A stretch of 64,000 bases of DNA from Leucoraja erinacea (lineage: Eukaryota). Location: positions 5,332,001 to 5,396,000 of the forward strand of contig NC_073391.1 of assembly GCF_028641065.1 (NCBI RefSeq). Reading direction: 5' to 3'. The position numbers and the translations under genes were made by a program. This document shows, piece by piece, positions 33,086 to 46,509 of this stretch. Position 1 is the first letter of the stretch; every line of letters begins with the position of its first letter. Under the pieces are notes generated by a model. It was not told the DNA's origin and did no database searches. It was given only the letters and a program-made list of their open reading frames with translations.

Positions 33086-33542
33086 ATTGAAGTTCATTTG
33101 TAACCTCACCTTTCCTTTGGACCTCCGTTTTCAACTGCTGCAACCGAGGACATCACTGTTATCTGTGGTTAACAGATGGTAAAATCTACTGCCAAATGTA
33201 ATTGTTTTCTATGAATTATTCATTCTTCTCCTTCTTGCGTATGGCGTGCACAGCCGAAAGTTGTAAGACAACTTGTTCCGTTTGATCTTCTGTTTGTGCA
33301 CGCCAGGTTGATTGCATGCGTCGAAACAGGGCGGACCACGTGAAGGTTGCAATCTCCCACCCCATTTATTCATTCATGTGATGTGGGAGTTGCTAGAATG
33401 TTGCCAGTCATTGCCAGCATTTATGTCCATATCTTAATTACCTCTGAACTGAGGAAACAGTTAAATGTCAGGTGTTGATGGGTCCCAGGTCATTGTTAGT
33501 CTAGGCTGCTTAGAAAAAGAGATATCCTTCCTTGAAGACCCG

Positions 33543-34020
33543 GGTGGCGCAGCGGAAGAGCTGCTGCCTTATGCCTCTGTCCCACTTAGGAAACCTGAAC
33601 GGAAACCTCTGGTTTCCTTGCGGTTCCCGGAGGTTTTTGTCAATCTCCCTACCTGCTTCCACTACCTGCAACCTCCGGCAACCACCTGCAACCTTCGGGA
33701 ACCACACGGAAACCTTGGGTGGGGCGCAAAGTCTCCAGAGGTTTCCGTTCAGGTTTCCTAAGTGGGACAGGGGCATAACAGCGCCAGAGCCCCTGTTTCG
33801 ATCCTCACTACGGGTGCTTGTCTGTACGGAGTTTGTACGTTCTCCTCCTGACCTGCATGGGTTACCTCCCACATTCCAAAGACATACAGGTTTGTAGGAT
33901 TGGTATAAGTGTAAATTATCCCTGGTGTGTGTCGGTGCTGTTAATGTGCGGGGATCATTAGTCAGTGCAGCCTCGATGGGCTGAAGGGCCTGTTTCTGCG
34001 CTGTATCTCTTTACGAAACT
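33543..34020 (+). mobile_element. tRNA-derived SINE interrupted by a MITE
   Basis: Head GGTGGCGCAGCGG...GCCTTA resumes as CAGCGCCAGAG after the MITE. Confidence 0.75.
33572..33775. mobile_element. Harbinger-type MITE
   Basis: ~40-bp TIRs (TGCCTCTGTCCCACTTAGGAAACCTGAACGGAAACCTCTGG and its complement); flanked by TTA / TAA. Confidence 0.8.
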
Positions 34021-34274
34021 GAACTCCATGTCTAAAGGACATTAGTGAACCCAATGGGTCAGGATGCCAATCCACTAATTTCATGCTTATGGTGTCTGAA
34101 CATGTTGTTTGGAAGTTCCAGGCTGATTTAATTACTTGAATTTAAATTCCCAGGTTGCTATTTTGAGAATTGAGCTTGTCTCTGTGTCAATCATCTGGGC
34201 TTCTTAACTGCTATGCTGCACTATCCTTGTTGTGTTATTTTTCATGCAAGAGAAGGAAGTGAGAGATTTTTGAT

Positions 34275-34582
34275 TAGTTTAGTTTAGTTTTAGTTTAGGG
34301 ATACAGCACAGGCCACACCGGGTCCACGCCGACCAGCGATCCCCGCACATTAACACTATCCTACACACACTAGGGACAATTTTTACATTTACCAAGCCAA
34401 TTAACCTACACACCTGTATGTCTTTGGAATGTGGGAGGAAACTGAAGATCTCGGAGAAAACCCACGCAGCTCACGTGGAGAACGTACAAATTGCGTCCAG
34501 GCAGCACTTGTAGTCGGGATCGAACCCGGGTTTCCGGCGCTGCATTCGCTATAAGGCAGGAACTCTACGGCTGCGCCACCAT
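34275..34582 (-). mobile_element. tRNA-derived SINE
   Basis: (TTTAG)n tail at the left; reverse-complement B-box (GGGATCGAACCC) at the right. Confidence 0.78.
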
Positions 34583-34989
34583 GACGTGTGAAGGGTGTCA
34601 GGGGTTACGGGTAAGAGCAGGAGAATTGGGTCGAGAAGGGGAGATAGGTCAGCCATGATTGAATGGCGGCCTGGACTTGGTGAGTCGAATGGCCTAATTT
34701 GCCCCTGGAACATAAGAACTTGTGAAAGTGAGTGACTTGGGTGATGTGACTGTCATGGTTAAATAGTAGGCAGTGTATAAAAGCTATGGAGTACTGTCTG
34801 CATCTGTGTTACAACTGTGAGCACGCAATGGAGCTAATGAACATTAATTATAGATGTGTGGGAAGGAACTGCAGATGCTGGTGTAAACTGAAGATAGACA
34901 CAAAAAGCTGGAGTAACTCAGTTGGACAGGCAGCATCTTTGAAGAGAAGGAATGTGTGATGTTTTGGGTCGAGACCCTTCTTCAGGGGT

Positions 34990-35681
34990 CCATGTCCTTG
35001 TTCATCAGTCAATGAAAGTAAGCATGCAGGTACAACAGGCAGGGAAGAAAGTGAATGGCATGTTGGCCTTCAAACAAGAGGAGTTTAGTATAGGAGCAAA
35101 CAAGTCCTACTGCAGTTGTACAGAGCCCAAGTGAGACCAGAGTATTGTGTGCAGTTTTGGTCTCCAAATTTGAGGAAGGCATTCTTGCTTTTGAGGGAGT
35201 GCAGCGTAGGTTCACAAGGTTAATTCCCGGGATGGTGGGACTGTCATATGCTGAGAGAATGGAGCGGCTGGGCTTGTATACTCTGGAATTTAGAAGGATG
35301 AGAGGATATCTTATTGAAACATATAAGATTATTAAGGGTTTGGACATGCTAGAGGCAGGAAACATGTTCCCAATGTTGGAGGAGTCCAGGATCAGGGGCC
35401 ACAGTTTAAGAATAAGGGGTAAGCCATTTAGAACAGAGATGAGGCAAAACTTCTTCACACAGAAAGTTGTGAGTCTGTGGAATTTTTTGGAGGACGATTC
35501 TCTGGATGCTTTCAAGAGAGAGCTAGATAGGGTTCTTAAAGATAGTGGAGTCAGGGGATAAGGGGAGAAGGCAGGAACCGGGTACTGATTGTGGATGACC
35601 AGCCATGATCACATTGAATGGCGGTGCTGCCTCGAAGGGCCAAATGGCCTACTCCTGCATCTATTGCCTATTGTCTATTGT
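34990..35681 (+). mobile_element. CR1 3' fragment
   Basis: EGVQRRFTRLIPGM...RGHSLRIRG...FFTQKVVSLWN; (CTATTG)n-like tail. Confidence 0.88.
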
Positions 35682-37424
35682 CTTCAGACTTGAGTGGGTA
35701 GAGATGGCCGGTTGTGAATGATTGTGGTGTGAAGTATTGAACCTTGTGGGAGGCTAATCGTTCAGTCAGTGAGATTTAGCATTTGAATTAGTACTCATTC
35801 AGTTTTAACCAGACATGTGATGTGATGGTTTTTGTTTTGACTGTGTATCTCGCTACTTGGCATATGACTCCGGAATATACATGTCCTAAAAAATCCTGTT
35901 ACCATCTTTCCGGTCTTTCCAGGGTGTTGTGTCCCTGAGTTGCCACCTTCCCTGTCAGGCCCAATGCCACTGAAAGGATGCACTTTACCACATTCCATCT
36001 CCTCCACTCGGGAAATGCACAATAATGGGGACCACTCTCTTTCATGTGTGGGAAGGAACTGAAGATGCTGGTTAATACTGAAGATAGACACAAAGTGCTG
36101 GAGTAACTCCTAACTGGAGTCAGGCAGGATCTCTGCAGAAGAAGGATGGGTGATGTTTTGGGTCGGGACACTTCGTAACAACATGAGTGTTGCATGGTGA
36201 CGCCTTACAGTGGCAGAACCCTGGGTCCCCAGTTTGATCCTGACTATGGGCGCTGTCTGTATGGTGTTTGTACGTTCTCCCTGTGACCAGCGTGGGTTTC
36301 CTCCGGGATCTTCGTTTTCCTCCCGCACTCCAAAGTGTTAATGTGCAGGGATCGCTGGTCAGTGCAAACTCGGTGGGCCAAAGGGCCTGTTTCTGCTCTG
36401 TATCTCTAAATTGATCTGCCAACAGTCATAACAACTTGAAATACATGAAACATGAAATTAAAGTGACAAGCGGAAAGAATTGGGGATGCGCAAAGATTGG
36501 GGTGGGGAGGAGTCAGTCTATTCCTCGACAGAAGGGGAGAAGTTGTACAGTTTGATAGCCACAGGGAAAAAGGATCTCCTGTGGCGTTCTGTGCTGCATC
36601 TTGGTGGAACCAGTCTGTGGCTGAAGGTACGCTTCAGGGGAGAGTGGACTGTCCCCTGTGGTGCCCCTGTGTTGCTTGCTGCCATGTCCGAGACACAGTT
36701 CTGTTGGCTGACATATTGTGGTCATCCAGACAGGTAGACCACGAGGCCCACTGAGTTACTCCAGCACTTTGTGTCTATCTTCACTCTTCACTCTTCCATA
36801 TCCTATCATAAGTGTTTTTCCAAGCTGCATTTATTGCCACATTTCCTTTTGTCGGGTCGTTCTGCAACAATGCATCTCCCTGTTATGAGACGTGGCTGGC
36901 TGTCAGCGATAAATTTGCATCAACTCGTGCTAGTCGCTCGGTAAATTGAGCCCCCTGTTGAAGTGCTAATAAGATTAACAGCATCATTAGCACTGGCTGG
37001 TGCTGCAGCGCCCACCAAGTCCGCATCACCCAGCGATCCCCACACATTGACACTACCCTACACAAACTAGGGACAATGGTGAATCGAAGATAGCCAACTA
37101 AGTGTCATTTGTAAAGTTAGAAATATCAATACCAATACCAATACCAATATGTGGCGTCAAAACTTTACGAGTAACTTCTCAATATTGGGCATGTGTCATT
37201 AGAGATCATTGATGATAAGGTATCAGTAGTGTTCAAGGAATATTCTCTGGATTGTGTGATCCAAGATGTCTATAATCCCTTTGCTTCCACAGATGTTTCT
37301 TGACCTCTGAGTTCCTGCAGCAGTTTGTTTTTTTTGTTCAAGATTCCACCATCTGTAGTCTCTTCTGTCTCCAAGATGTGATCTGGTTGTAGTTACAGTA
37401 ATATTAAAGCTACAGTTTGCCTTA

Positions 37425-37732
37425 GGTGGCACGGTGAGAGCTACTGCCTTACAGCGCCAGAGACCCGGGTTCGATCCTGACTACAGGTGCTGTACGCGGT
37501 TTATACCTTCTCCCCGTGACTTACATGGGTTTTCTCTGAGATCTTTGGTTTCCTACCACAATCCAAAGACGTACAGGTTTGTAGGTTAATTGGCTTGGTA
37601 TAAATGTAAAATTGTCCCTAGTGTGTGTAGGATAGTGTTAGTGTACGGGAATCACTGGTCGGGGCAGACCGGTGGGCTGAAGGGCCTGTTTCAGCGCTGT
37701 ATCTCTAAAGTAAACTAAGGTAAACTAAACTA
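37425..37732 (+). mobile_element. tRNA-derived SINE
   Basis: GGTTCGATCC B-box, shared core, (CTAAA)n tail. Confidence 0.8.
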
Positions 37733-38592
37733 ATATGCCTCAAGTACCTCAAAACTAGCGGCTGTCCATAATAATAGCAACAAAAATAATACTGGAATGT
37801 ATACCTCAGATGCTGACGTCTGAAAGGGAGACCTCACCTCATGGAGTGGAGAAAAGGAACATCAGTTCAAAAACTATTCATACTTTGAATTCGTTAATGT
37901 TTTGCTTTTAAAAAAGACTCATGGATGACGAGTGTTTCTAGTTATTGGGAGATAAGCACGTTGATAATAAATCTCAAAACTTCACCCATTCCTTCTCTCC
38001 AGAGATGCTGCCTGTCCCGCTGAGCTATTCCAGCTTTTTGTGTCTATCTTTTTTAATAAAAACATATTTCAGGACTCATGTTTCTTCCAGCGAGTGAGGC
38101 AGAAAATGAATTGAGGAAATCGGGGGAGAAAAGAAATGTATGTGTTTTTTGGTAAGATTGCTAATTCTGAAGCTTTTTTTAATTTCCTGAATTGCGATTG
38201 TATAAATATACTGTGAAAAATCTCATGAATGAGTAGTATGAAAGTATTTTATATTCTGAAGACGTTTTAAGTTATGTGGAGGCAAGACAAAGATATTCAA
38301 CGTAACATATTTATGATGACAACAACTTTCCTTATTGACCACGAAATACTTTTCTCACACGTGCAAACTTTCTTTGTGCTTTTGATGTGTAAAAAAGGGT
38401 TAATCAATACTTTTTTTTCTATTGCTAGTGCTGGAATTTAATGACCCACTTCTTTAGAGCATTTGTTTTGAAAGAAATGGGAGGTAACGTCATTGGTGAG
38501 TGTAAGGGCATAGAAAGTTCAGAGAGTCGCAGGTGTCAGAGGTTTGTGGCACAGCAGATAGTGCAGCATTTGCTCACAGTTATTGGGATAAA

Positions 38593-38804
38593 ATGAGCTC
38601 AGTCGAGAAACTGGGAAGTTTGGGAATCACACCCAAGAGGAGAAAGCAGAAAGAGGAAGAACTTTGTGGTTCGCACTGTCAATATGAAATAAGGTTTCAA
38701 GATCTGCTCATATATGTTGTGGAAAGAAAAATGGGATCGAGCAGAAGAATGTTTCTGATGGATTTAGCACGTAAGAAAGGATTCAGAGTCGCTGATATCA
38801 TGAG
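38593..38804 (+). CDS. DNTT: Terminal deoxynucleotidyl transferase, coding exon 1 (NLS + start of BRCT domain)
   Basis: Translates MSSVEKLGSLGITPKRRKQK...IRFQDLLIYVVERKMGSSRRMFLMDLARKKGFRVADIM, matching the TdT N-terminus (IKFQDL...KMG..RR.FLM.LAR.KGFRV). Ends at donor AG|GTACGG, phase 2. Confidence 0.92.
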
Positions 38805-40597
38805 GTACGGCTTTGTGAGGCTCACTTGGCACTTTCTAGGTGGTGTTCGCTTGAGGTTATACGGGAGGAGACGCAAATGCTCATCAGTTAAACTTCAAAA
38901 CTTTATAGTATAAAATTGAAAAATATTTTTAAAATCCGTGCAAATGTACAAGTTCAAATTCAAGTTCACATGTATTGTCACATGCACCAATTACGGTAGT
39001 GATATTTGAGTTACCATACAGCCATACAAGTAAAAAGAACACAATACTTGATAGAGTTTAACATAAACATCTACAGAAAAGGCATTACTTCTGTTTAATT
39101 GTAAATTATTTGATATATTTTGTAAACCAATGTATGTTCCATTGTCAATCTTACAGAAAGTGAATTATCCCCTGACTATAATAATAACTGTAAAATAACA
39201 ATAATAATAATATATACTTGTTTTTCAAATAGTTGAAGAAGATAGGTACATTGTGCGCGGCACAGTAGCTCAGCAGGTTATGTTCCTATCTCGCAGCTGT
39301 TGAGACCCAGATTTGGTCCTGATCTCTGGTGCTGACTGCGTGGAGTTTGCATGATCCCGCTGTGATCACATGGGGTTGACTGAATTGCTCAAAGAACCAG
39401 CACACAATAGAAGGGCCAAATGGCCTATTAAGAAAAAAAAATTTTTGGAAATATGAAAAATGTTCAACATATTTATGATGTTATCAGCTTTCCTTTATGA
39501 CCAGGAAATATTTTTCTCAAAAATACAAACTTCCTTCACATTTTTGATGTGCAAAGTAACACTCAAAATCCAACAAAACATTCAAATCTGACAAAGGGTG
39601 TATATATATCTTGAAATATTGGTTCGTTTTTTCTCTTTCCACAGATGCACCCGAGCCTGCTGAGTATTTCCTGTATTTTCTGTATTTAATTTATCATTCA
39701 TGTTTGGTCATTATAGTTATGGATCCATAAATTAGATTGGACCTGATATCTAACCCCCAGATTTACTTTTCAAAACTGGGTTTTAGGATTAGGAATAATT
39801 CTGGAAATTGTACTGAATTGTATTGAATTACAAGGAAATATTTTTCCAGTTCAAGTTCAAGTGAGTTTATTGTCATGTGTCCCAGATAGGCCAATGTAAT
39901 TCTTGCTTTGCTTCAGCACACAGAACATAGTATGCATTTACTACTATGAATGTTCATACACAAAAAAAGGCAGTTTAATTTTATTTACCAGCTTTTGTGG
40001 AACGTAATAAAAAAAACTAACCATGCCAAACATCGCTGACATAAGCAGCAGATCAGTTATGTTGCCGATAACTATGTTGGCAATCATCCATTGTATTGCA
40101 GTTATTCAACATCTTCTGAGCAGTGTTTTCTTCTGAGCAGTTTAGCTTGTTGCCACAATGCTGTATTCTCTGCCAAATATAACCACAAACATAAGTCGTA
40201 CAAAGAAATGATGGTACCAAACCAGATGTCAAAATCCCCAGTGATACCAAGGGTGTATGTGACAGGAAGATAGAGCTTAATTATTGTAGATTATTTGTCT
40301 CCAAATAAAACCACAGGAAGAAGATCTATGACATTTCAAACTGTAATGTTACACATGAAGTATTATTCCAAACTGAAACAATTATTTTTTGATGTCAATT
40401 TTACCATCTGTTAATCAAGGTAATTTAAGCAAATGTAATCTCGATAACTAAGGTGATTTAAGTAACCATGTACAAGAATGAGGATATTTAAATGTGTGGG
40501 AATGAGGCAGACTCAATATTCTGATTCTTTGTTTTCCTGAAAATGTTACTATTTATGAGGTTTATCCGGGGTGTGAGAGGGTCATGAATGGGAGTTA

Positions 40598-40910
40598 AGG
40601 GCCTGTCCCACTTACATTTTTTCGGCGACTTGCCAGCGCCCGGCGTAGTCGCAGCAGGTCTCCGAAATTTTTCAACATGTTGAAATTCCAGCGGTGACCA
40701 GAACAAGGTACGATTCTTTAGGCAACTACTCACGACCATGCAGGCTTCACCCCGTGACATTTCACAAGGGTGTCACCTGTATGATCGTGAGTCGTCTCCT
40801 CAGTCACCCAAAGAGCGTAGCGTCTTTCTGGTCGCCGTGTTGAAAATTTTCGGCGACCAATGACGGGTACCGGCAGTCGCCGAAAAAGTCATGTAAGTGG
40901 GACAGGCCCT
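40598..40910. mobile_element. Harbinger-type MITE
   Basis: AGGGCCTGTCCCACTTAC ... GTAAGTGGGACAGGCCCT; flanked by TTA / TCA. Confidence 0.8.
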
Positions 40911-40969
40911 TCACAGTGAAGTGGTCACACCTGAGTTTCAGGTAAGGACATAGATTGATGACCAGATAA

Positions 40970-41345
40970 GGGAAACATAAAAAGATAGAAAATAGAGGCA
41001 GGAGGAGGCTCTTCGGCCCTTCGAGCCAGCACCGCCATTCATTGTGATCATGGCTGATCATCCACAATCAGTAACCCGTGCCTGCCTTCACCCCATATCC
41101 CTTGATTCCGCTAGCTCCTAGAGCTCTATCCAACTCTCTTTTAAATTCATCCAGTGAATTGGCCTCTACTGCCTTCTGTGGCAGAGAATTCAAGAAATTC
41201 ACAACAACACTTTTTCTCATCGCAGTTTAAAATGCCCCCCCCCCCCCTATATTCTTAGACTGTGGCCCCTGCTTCTGGACTCCCCCAACATTGGGAACAT
41301 TTTTCCTGCATCAAGTCCTTTTATAATTTTAAATGTTTCATTTAA
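40970..41345 (-). mobile_element. CR1 3' fragment
   Basis: 3' UTR and ORF2 end match the other copies on the minus strand. Confidence 0.75.
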
Positions 41346-42095
41346 CTCTCGAGACTGACCAGAGACCACAGTCAGTGATGGTAGGTGACAACACCTTCTC
41401 CACGATAATTCTCCACACCATAGCCCTGTGATGGTGCGTTCTCAGTTCCCTGCTATACTCACTATACACTCATGACTGTGCCGCCCAATCCAGCTCTAAC
41501 TGCTTCAACAGCTTTAAGCAGTAGCACCACTTTGGTGGGCTGGATCATTGATGAGCCAGAGTACAGCAATGAGATAGAGAACTTATTAACATGGTGCCAG
41601 GACAACACCCTCTTCTGTAATGTTAGTAAGATGTTTGCAGATAGTTGTGGATGTTGCCCAGATCATCACGCAAACCAACCTCCCTTCCGCTGCCTCGGCC
41701 AGGCCACCAGCATAATCAAGGACCAGTCTCACCCTGGTCATTCCCTCTTCTCCCCTCTCACGTCAGGCAAAAGGTACAGAAGTTTGAAAATGCACACCTC
41801 CAGATTCAGGGGCAGTTTTTTCCCAGCGGTTACCATGCAACTTAATAGCCCCCTCACAAACTAGAGTGCAGTCCTGACCTCCCTTCTACCCCACTGGAGA
41901 CCATCAAACTATCTTTAATCGGACTTCATTAATCTTTATCTTGCACTAAATGTACCCTTTATCATTTATCTGTACACTGTGAGTGGCTCGATTATAATCT
42001 AGCATATCATCTTTGATTGGATAGCATACACCAAAACGGTTTTCATTGTAGCTGGGTATACATGACATTAATAAACTAAAGTAAATTAAACTAAA
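41346..42095 (+). pseudogene. Degenerate Rex1-like LINE 3' remnant
   Basis: EIENLLTWCQDN and IIKDQSHPGHSLFSPL.SGKRYRSLK peptides. Confidence 0.7.
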
Positions 42096-44879
42096 TGAAG
42101 GAGCTAGTAAGCAACTTTCGAAAGTGTGGTGGATTACATGTCTCAGTCAGTATCATCGGTCCAGTGGAAATGGTTGAGTGAGTTCAAGTTCATTGATGTA
42201 AATATTACCAACGATCTCTTCACGGATAAACCACAGTAAGGCGAAAGCCAAGCATTGGCACTGGAGACTGAATCTGGCTGTCTCCAATGGCTTGATTGTA
42301 TTTATGATTTAATTGGATAGCATGCACAACAACGCTTTTCACAGTACCTCTGTACTGGTGACAATAATCCTAATCTAAACCTTGCATGTGGTTACTCAAA
42401 TGGAAAGCACTCCCACGTGGAGGAATTAACTGGGGTTTTGATTTCATCCAAATGACTAACTTCCCTGTACCCTTCATTGGGTAAAAACAAAAGGGCCTCT
42501 TTTATTGAATGCAAAATTAACTGAAAGCTCTATTGAGAGTAAAATTAGATTTTTGGATGTGGGGTTGGACAATTTCGACTGATAAGCTGAAAATAAATGA
42601 CTTTAATAGCTGTGAATCCTTGGTACCTGTCATCACGGAAGGTTGTGGATGCTCAATAAATGTATTTATCATGAATGCATTCTTGGGATAATGGGACGTA
42701 TCCTCATGGTTTAGGATGGCTAAGTAGAGTGTTGACTTTAGCAACTGCCAGACGCTACATGTAGGTAACGTTCAACTGAAACCCTCGGCAACAAAAGACA
42801 AGAAGTCACTTTAGTGAAAGGGATTTGCTGGCGTCTATCATGGCAATGAATGCCAACTGTTTGAACTAAAACCTTGTTGTCTTAATAAAGGTTTTCATTT
42901 TCACTTTTAATGTGAGATACTCATGCTTCTGAAGCCTTTGCTTCTTAAGCTTTGATAGAGAGCGAGAAAGAAAAATGGCTTTTGTAATGTGAGAGAAAAT
43001 AAAATAAAGAAAGGAGCTGAGGAGCCACATTTCATCACTGGTGACAATTCTATAATGCTACATCAAAATAAAGTCAAGGCATACACCAATGGAGACATCT
43101 AAATCAATAAAATAAATTTATGATTTATGGGCTCACCAATAAGTTTAGGAAACATAGTTGGATATCGATCTTTAGTTCTCATCGCATAGTGCCAACTATT
43201 TAATTAACCCACTGCATCAGTGTTTTCTTTAATGATCCAAATATTTATCAGGAATAACAAGCATGTATTGGCTTTGCATATTTACAGAGACATTTATTAT
43301 ATCTTAAAAAAAACAGGCTGAAAATCTCTGTACAAATATGTTCTGTTCCCATGTGAATTATGGACAGGTTGCAAGTACCGTGTAAAGAGACTTGACATTT
43401 CTGTACACATCGTTTATAATACTTAATGGTTTAGTTTAGTTTAGTTTAATTTGGTTTATTGTCACGTGTACCGAGGTACAGTAAAAAGCTTTTATTGCGT
43501 GCTATCTAGTCAGCAGAAAGACAATACATGATTACAATCGAGCCATTTACAGTGTTTAGATACATGATAAAGGAATAACGTTTAGTGCAAGGTAAAGCCA
43601 GCAAAGTCCAATTAAGGATAGTCCGAAGGTCACCAATGAGGTGTTTAGTTGTTCAGCATTGCTCTCTGGTTGTGGTAGGATGATTCAGTTGCCTGATAAT
43701 AGCTGGAAAGAAACTGTCCCTGAATCTGGAGGTGTGCATTTCCACACCTCTATAATATTTGGCTGATGGGAGAGGGGAGAAGAATCGCCAGGGTGCGACT
43801 CGTTCTTGATTATGCTGCTGGCCTTGCCAAGGCAGCGCCAGGCATAAATGGAGTTAATAGAAGTGCTTTGTGTAATATTCTGGGCTGCGTCCTCAATTTA
43901 CTGCAATTTTGTGTGGTCTTGGATGGGGATGTTTCCAAACCAAGTTGTGATGCATCCTGATAAAATGGGTGACTTCATGGTTATTGGTAAAGTATTTAGT
44001 ATTAGGGATGTTCATCAAGTTCGAGTAACGTGTGGAAGGGATGCCATTGTTCAGATACCATCCAGTTGCATATTCTTATCCGTGAAGGACATACAGTAAG
44101 TGAAACAGCTGAAATGTTGTGACAATCTATGAGGTCTACAGTCATCGCTAGTGAGGGTATTTGAAATATTTAAATAAATCTACATTTCTTAAAAAAAAAC
44201 TATCAATGGAAGTGACTGTAGAACTATTAGATTGTCAAAAAATATCTGGTTCACTGGGTGGGGATTGAAATGGTGGTTCCTCATCATTTGATGCTAGTCT
44301 AGTGCTGTACGCACAATGCTATGGTGGGTTTCTAGTCAGCCTTGTGATGATTGTTTATCTGTAGGGGCATGTTACCTGTACACGATCTACATCAGGACCT
44401 ACTGGGGATATGACATCCAGTTTGATTTGCTTAGAATGAATGAATGAATGAATGTACGATTGAATAAATGAATGAGGTGATATGATGGATTTGGAAAGGA
44501 TAAAGAGCAAGACCACTGGATAAATCCCTAGATTAAAGTGTCCTAGCTGTCAGGACATGTGTAATTGGAATGCAGTCTACAACATGACAAAGAGAAAAGA
44601 TTGTGTTAAGGTTGAACATTCTTTCCAGCGTAATAGGTGAGAGATCATGAACTGTGTAAGGCCAGTTAGTTTGGAACTCATATGGGGCATTCTTCACGGA
44701 ATGACAGTGGTCATTCAGAGGAAGTTGGTGCCTCTTCTGATTAATGATCATTCCTCAAATTCCTTTGAGTGGGAGTTGAAACCACCTCCAGCTGGATTGG
44801 AGACCTTCGCAGTGACAGGCAGGTTCTGCGAAAATATGCAGCATGAATGCATGCATTAGACTGGTTTATCATCAACTGC

Positions 44880-45174
44880 GACACGGTGGCGCAGTGGTAC
44901 AGTTGCTGCCTTACAGCGCTTGCAGCGCCGGAGACACGGGTTCGATCCCGACTACGGGTGCTGTCTGTACGGAGTTTCTACATTCTCCCCGTGACCTGCG
45001 AGGGTTTTCTCCAAGATTTTCAGTTTCCTCCCACACTCCAAAGACGTACAGGTTTGAGGTAAATTGGGTTGGTATGAATGTAAAAATTGTCCCTTTTGGG
45101 TGTAGGATAGTGGTCGGTGTGGACTCGGTGGGCCGAAGGGCCTATTTCCGTGCTTTATCTCTAAACTAAACTAA
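44880..45174 (+). mobile_element. tRNA-derived SINE
   Basis: GGTGGCGCAGTGG A-box, GGTTCGATCCC B-box, (CTAAA)n tail into which a MITE has inserted. Confidence 0.82.
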
Positions 45175-45708
45175 AGGGGCTGTCCCACTTGGACGACCTA
45201 ATCTGCGAGTTCTTGCGAGTTTGCCCTTGACTCGTACTCGCAGCATGGTCAACATGAGGCCGTAGGAGGTCTTTGTGACTCTCCTTCATGCTTGAAAGTG
45301 GTCCCCGTGTGCTCGAGGCCTCAACTAGGTCGCTGCATATTTTTCAACATGCTGAAAAATGCCCGCGAGTAAAAAATAGGTCGCCATGAAAAAAATCACC
45401 ACTGTTTTTACTCGTAGGTTTAGTCGTACTAAGTCGTAGTAGGTCGGCATGTTAGTCATGGGTAATCAGGGGGTAGTCGAAGGTAGTCGTAGATAGTCTT
45501 CATCATAGTCGAAGGGAGGTTGAAGGAGATTGAAGGAGGTCGTCTTCACTCTCCACTATTCGGTGTCCAATTTTCCCGAAGTTAGTCGTAGCTAGTCGTA
45601 GCGGGTCTTCAACAACATAGCCGAAGGACGTCTTCAACAAGACATTTTTCAAACGCTCCTAAACTCTTCTGAACTCGCCAATTAGGTCGCCCAAGTGGGA
45701 CAGCCCCT
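45175..45708. mobile_element. Harbinger-type MITE
   Basis: AGGGGCTGTCCCACTTGG ... CCAAGTGGGACAGCCCCT; exact 3-bp TSD TAA (45172-45174, 45709-45711); internal AGTCGTAG/AGTCGAAG repeats. Confidence 0.88.
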
Positions 45709-46137
45709 TAAACAAAATCATCTGATTGAAGGGTAATTTCTAAGCAAATTGTGGCAGGAAGATCTGTTCATGGATTTTTAGAGATTTGATTAAATCTTTG
45801 ATTTAATTGTGCCGTTTTGAATCTGAGATAAGGATCCAGTTAGCAAAGGCAGCAGAGAGTTCTCACCTGCAGCAAGAATTCATACAGTTGCACAAAGAGC
45901 AGCGCTCATCCCAAGTCTACCATCGGGAACAAGGTGCAGGAACCTGGGAACCATTTTCTTTGTGTTGAAGAACGGTTTCTTCACTTTAAACAACTGGTTC
46001 ATGCACTGCCCTGTCAGTCCTACCCCAGCAACAAGCTACTATGGACTATGCACCACTAAGCCCACACAACACACTTTGGCCTGAACTATCTTGGCTGTGT
46101 TTACCTACGATAACTCTGAATTGATTGTATATTTATT

Positions 46138-46360
46138 TGTGTAGGAAGGAACTGCAGATGCTGGTTTACATCGAAGTTAGACACACAATGCTGGAGTAAC
46201 TCAGCGGGACAGGCGGCATCTCTGGAGAAAATGAATGGGTGACGTTTTGGGTCGAGACCCAAAGAGGGGTCGAGATCTGAAGAAGGGTCTCGGCTGGAAA
46301 TGTCACCCATTCCTTCTGTCCCCAGAGATGCTGCCTGACCGGCTGAGTTACTCCAGCCTG
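46138..46360. repeat. Inverted pair of Penelope-terminus-derived repeat
   Basis: Two opposed copies meeting near 46260-46275. Confidence 0.7.
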
Positions 46361-46472
46361 TTGTGTGTTTATTTATTGTGTTGTTGCATTCAATGTCCCT
46401 GTAAAGCTGCAGCAACTAAGAACTTTATCGGTCTGGTCCCATCACACAAGACAATTAAATACTCTTGATCTC

Positions 46473-46475
<3 letters not shown>

Positions 46476-46509
<34 letters not shown>

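Noticed and set aside
38805-38913. Continuation of the DNTT ORF past the donor, and the upstream GTG start at 38533
   Set aside because: TdT similarity stops at the GT donor and resumes in exon 2; the first ATG is at 38593.
44880-44960. tRNA gene
   Set aside because: The A/B boxes belong to a SINE head followed by the SINE core and tail; no full cloverleaf.
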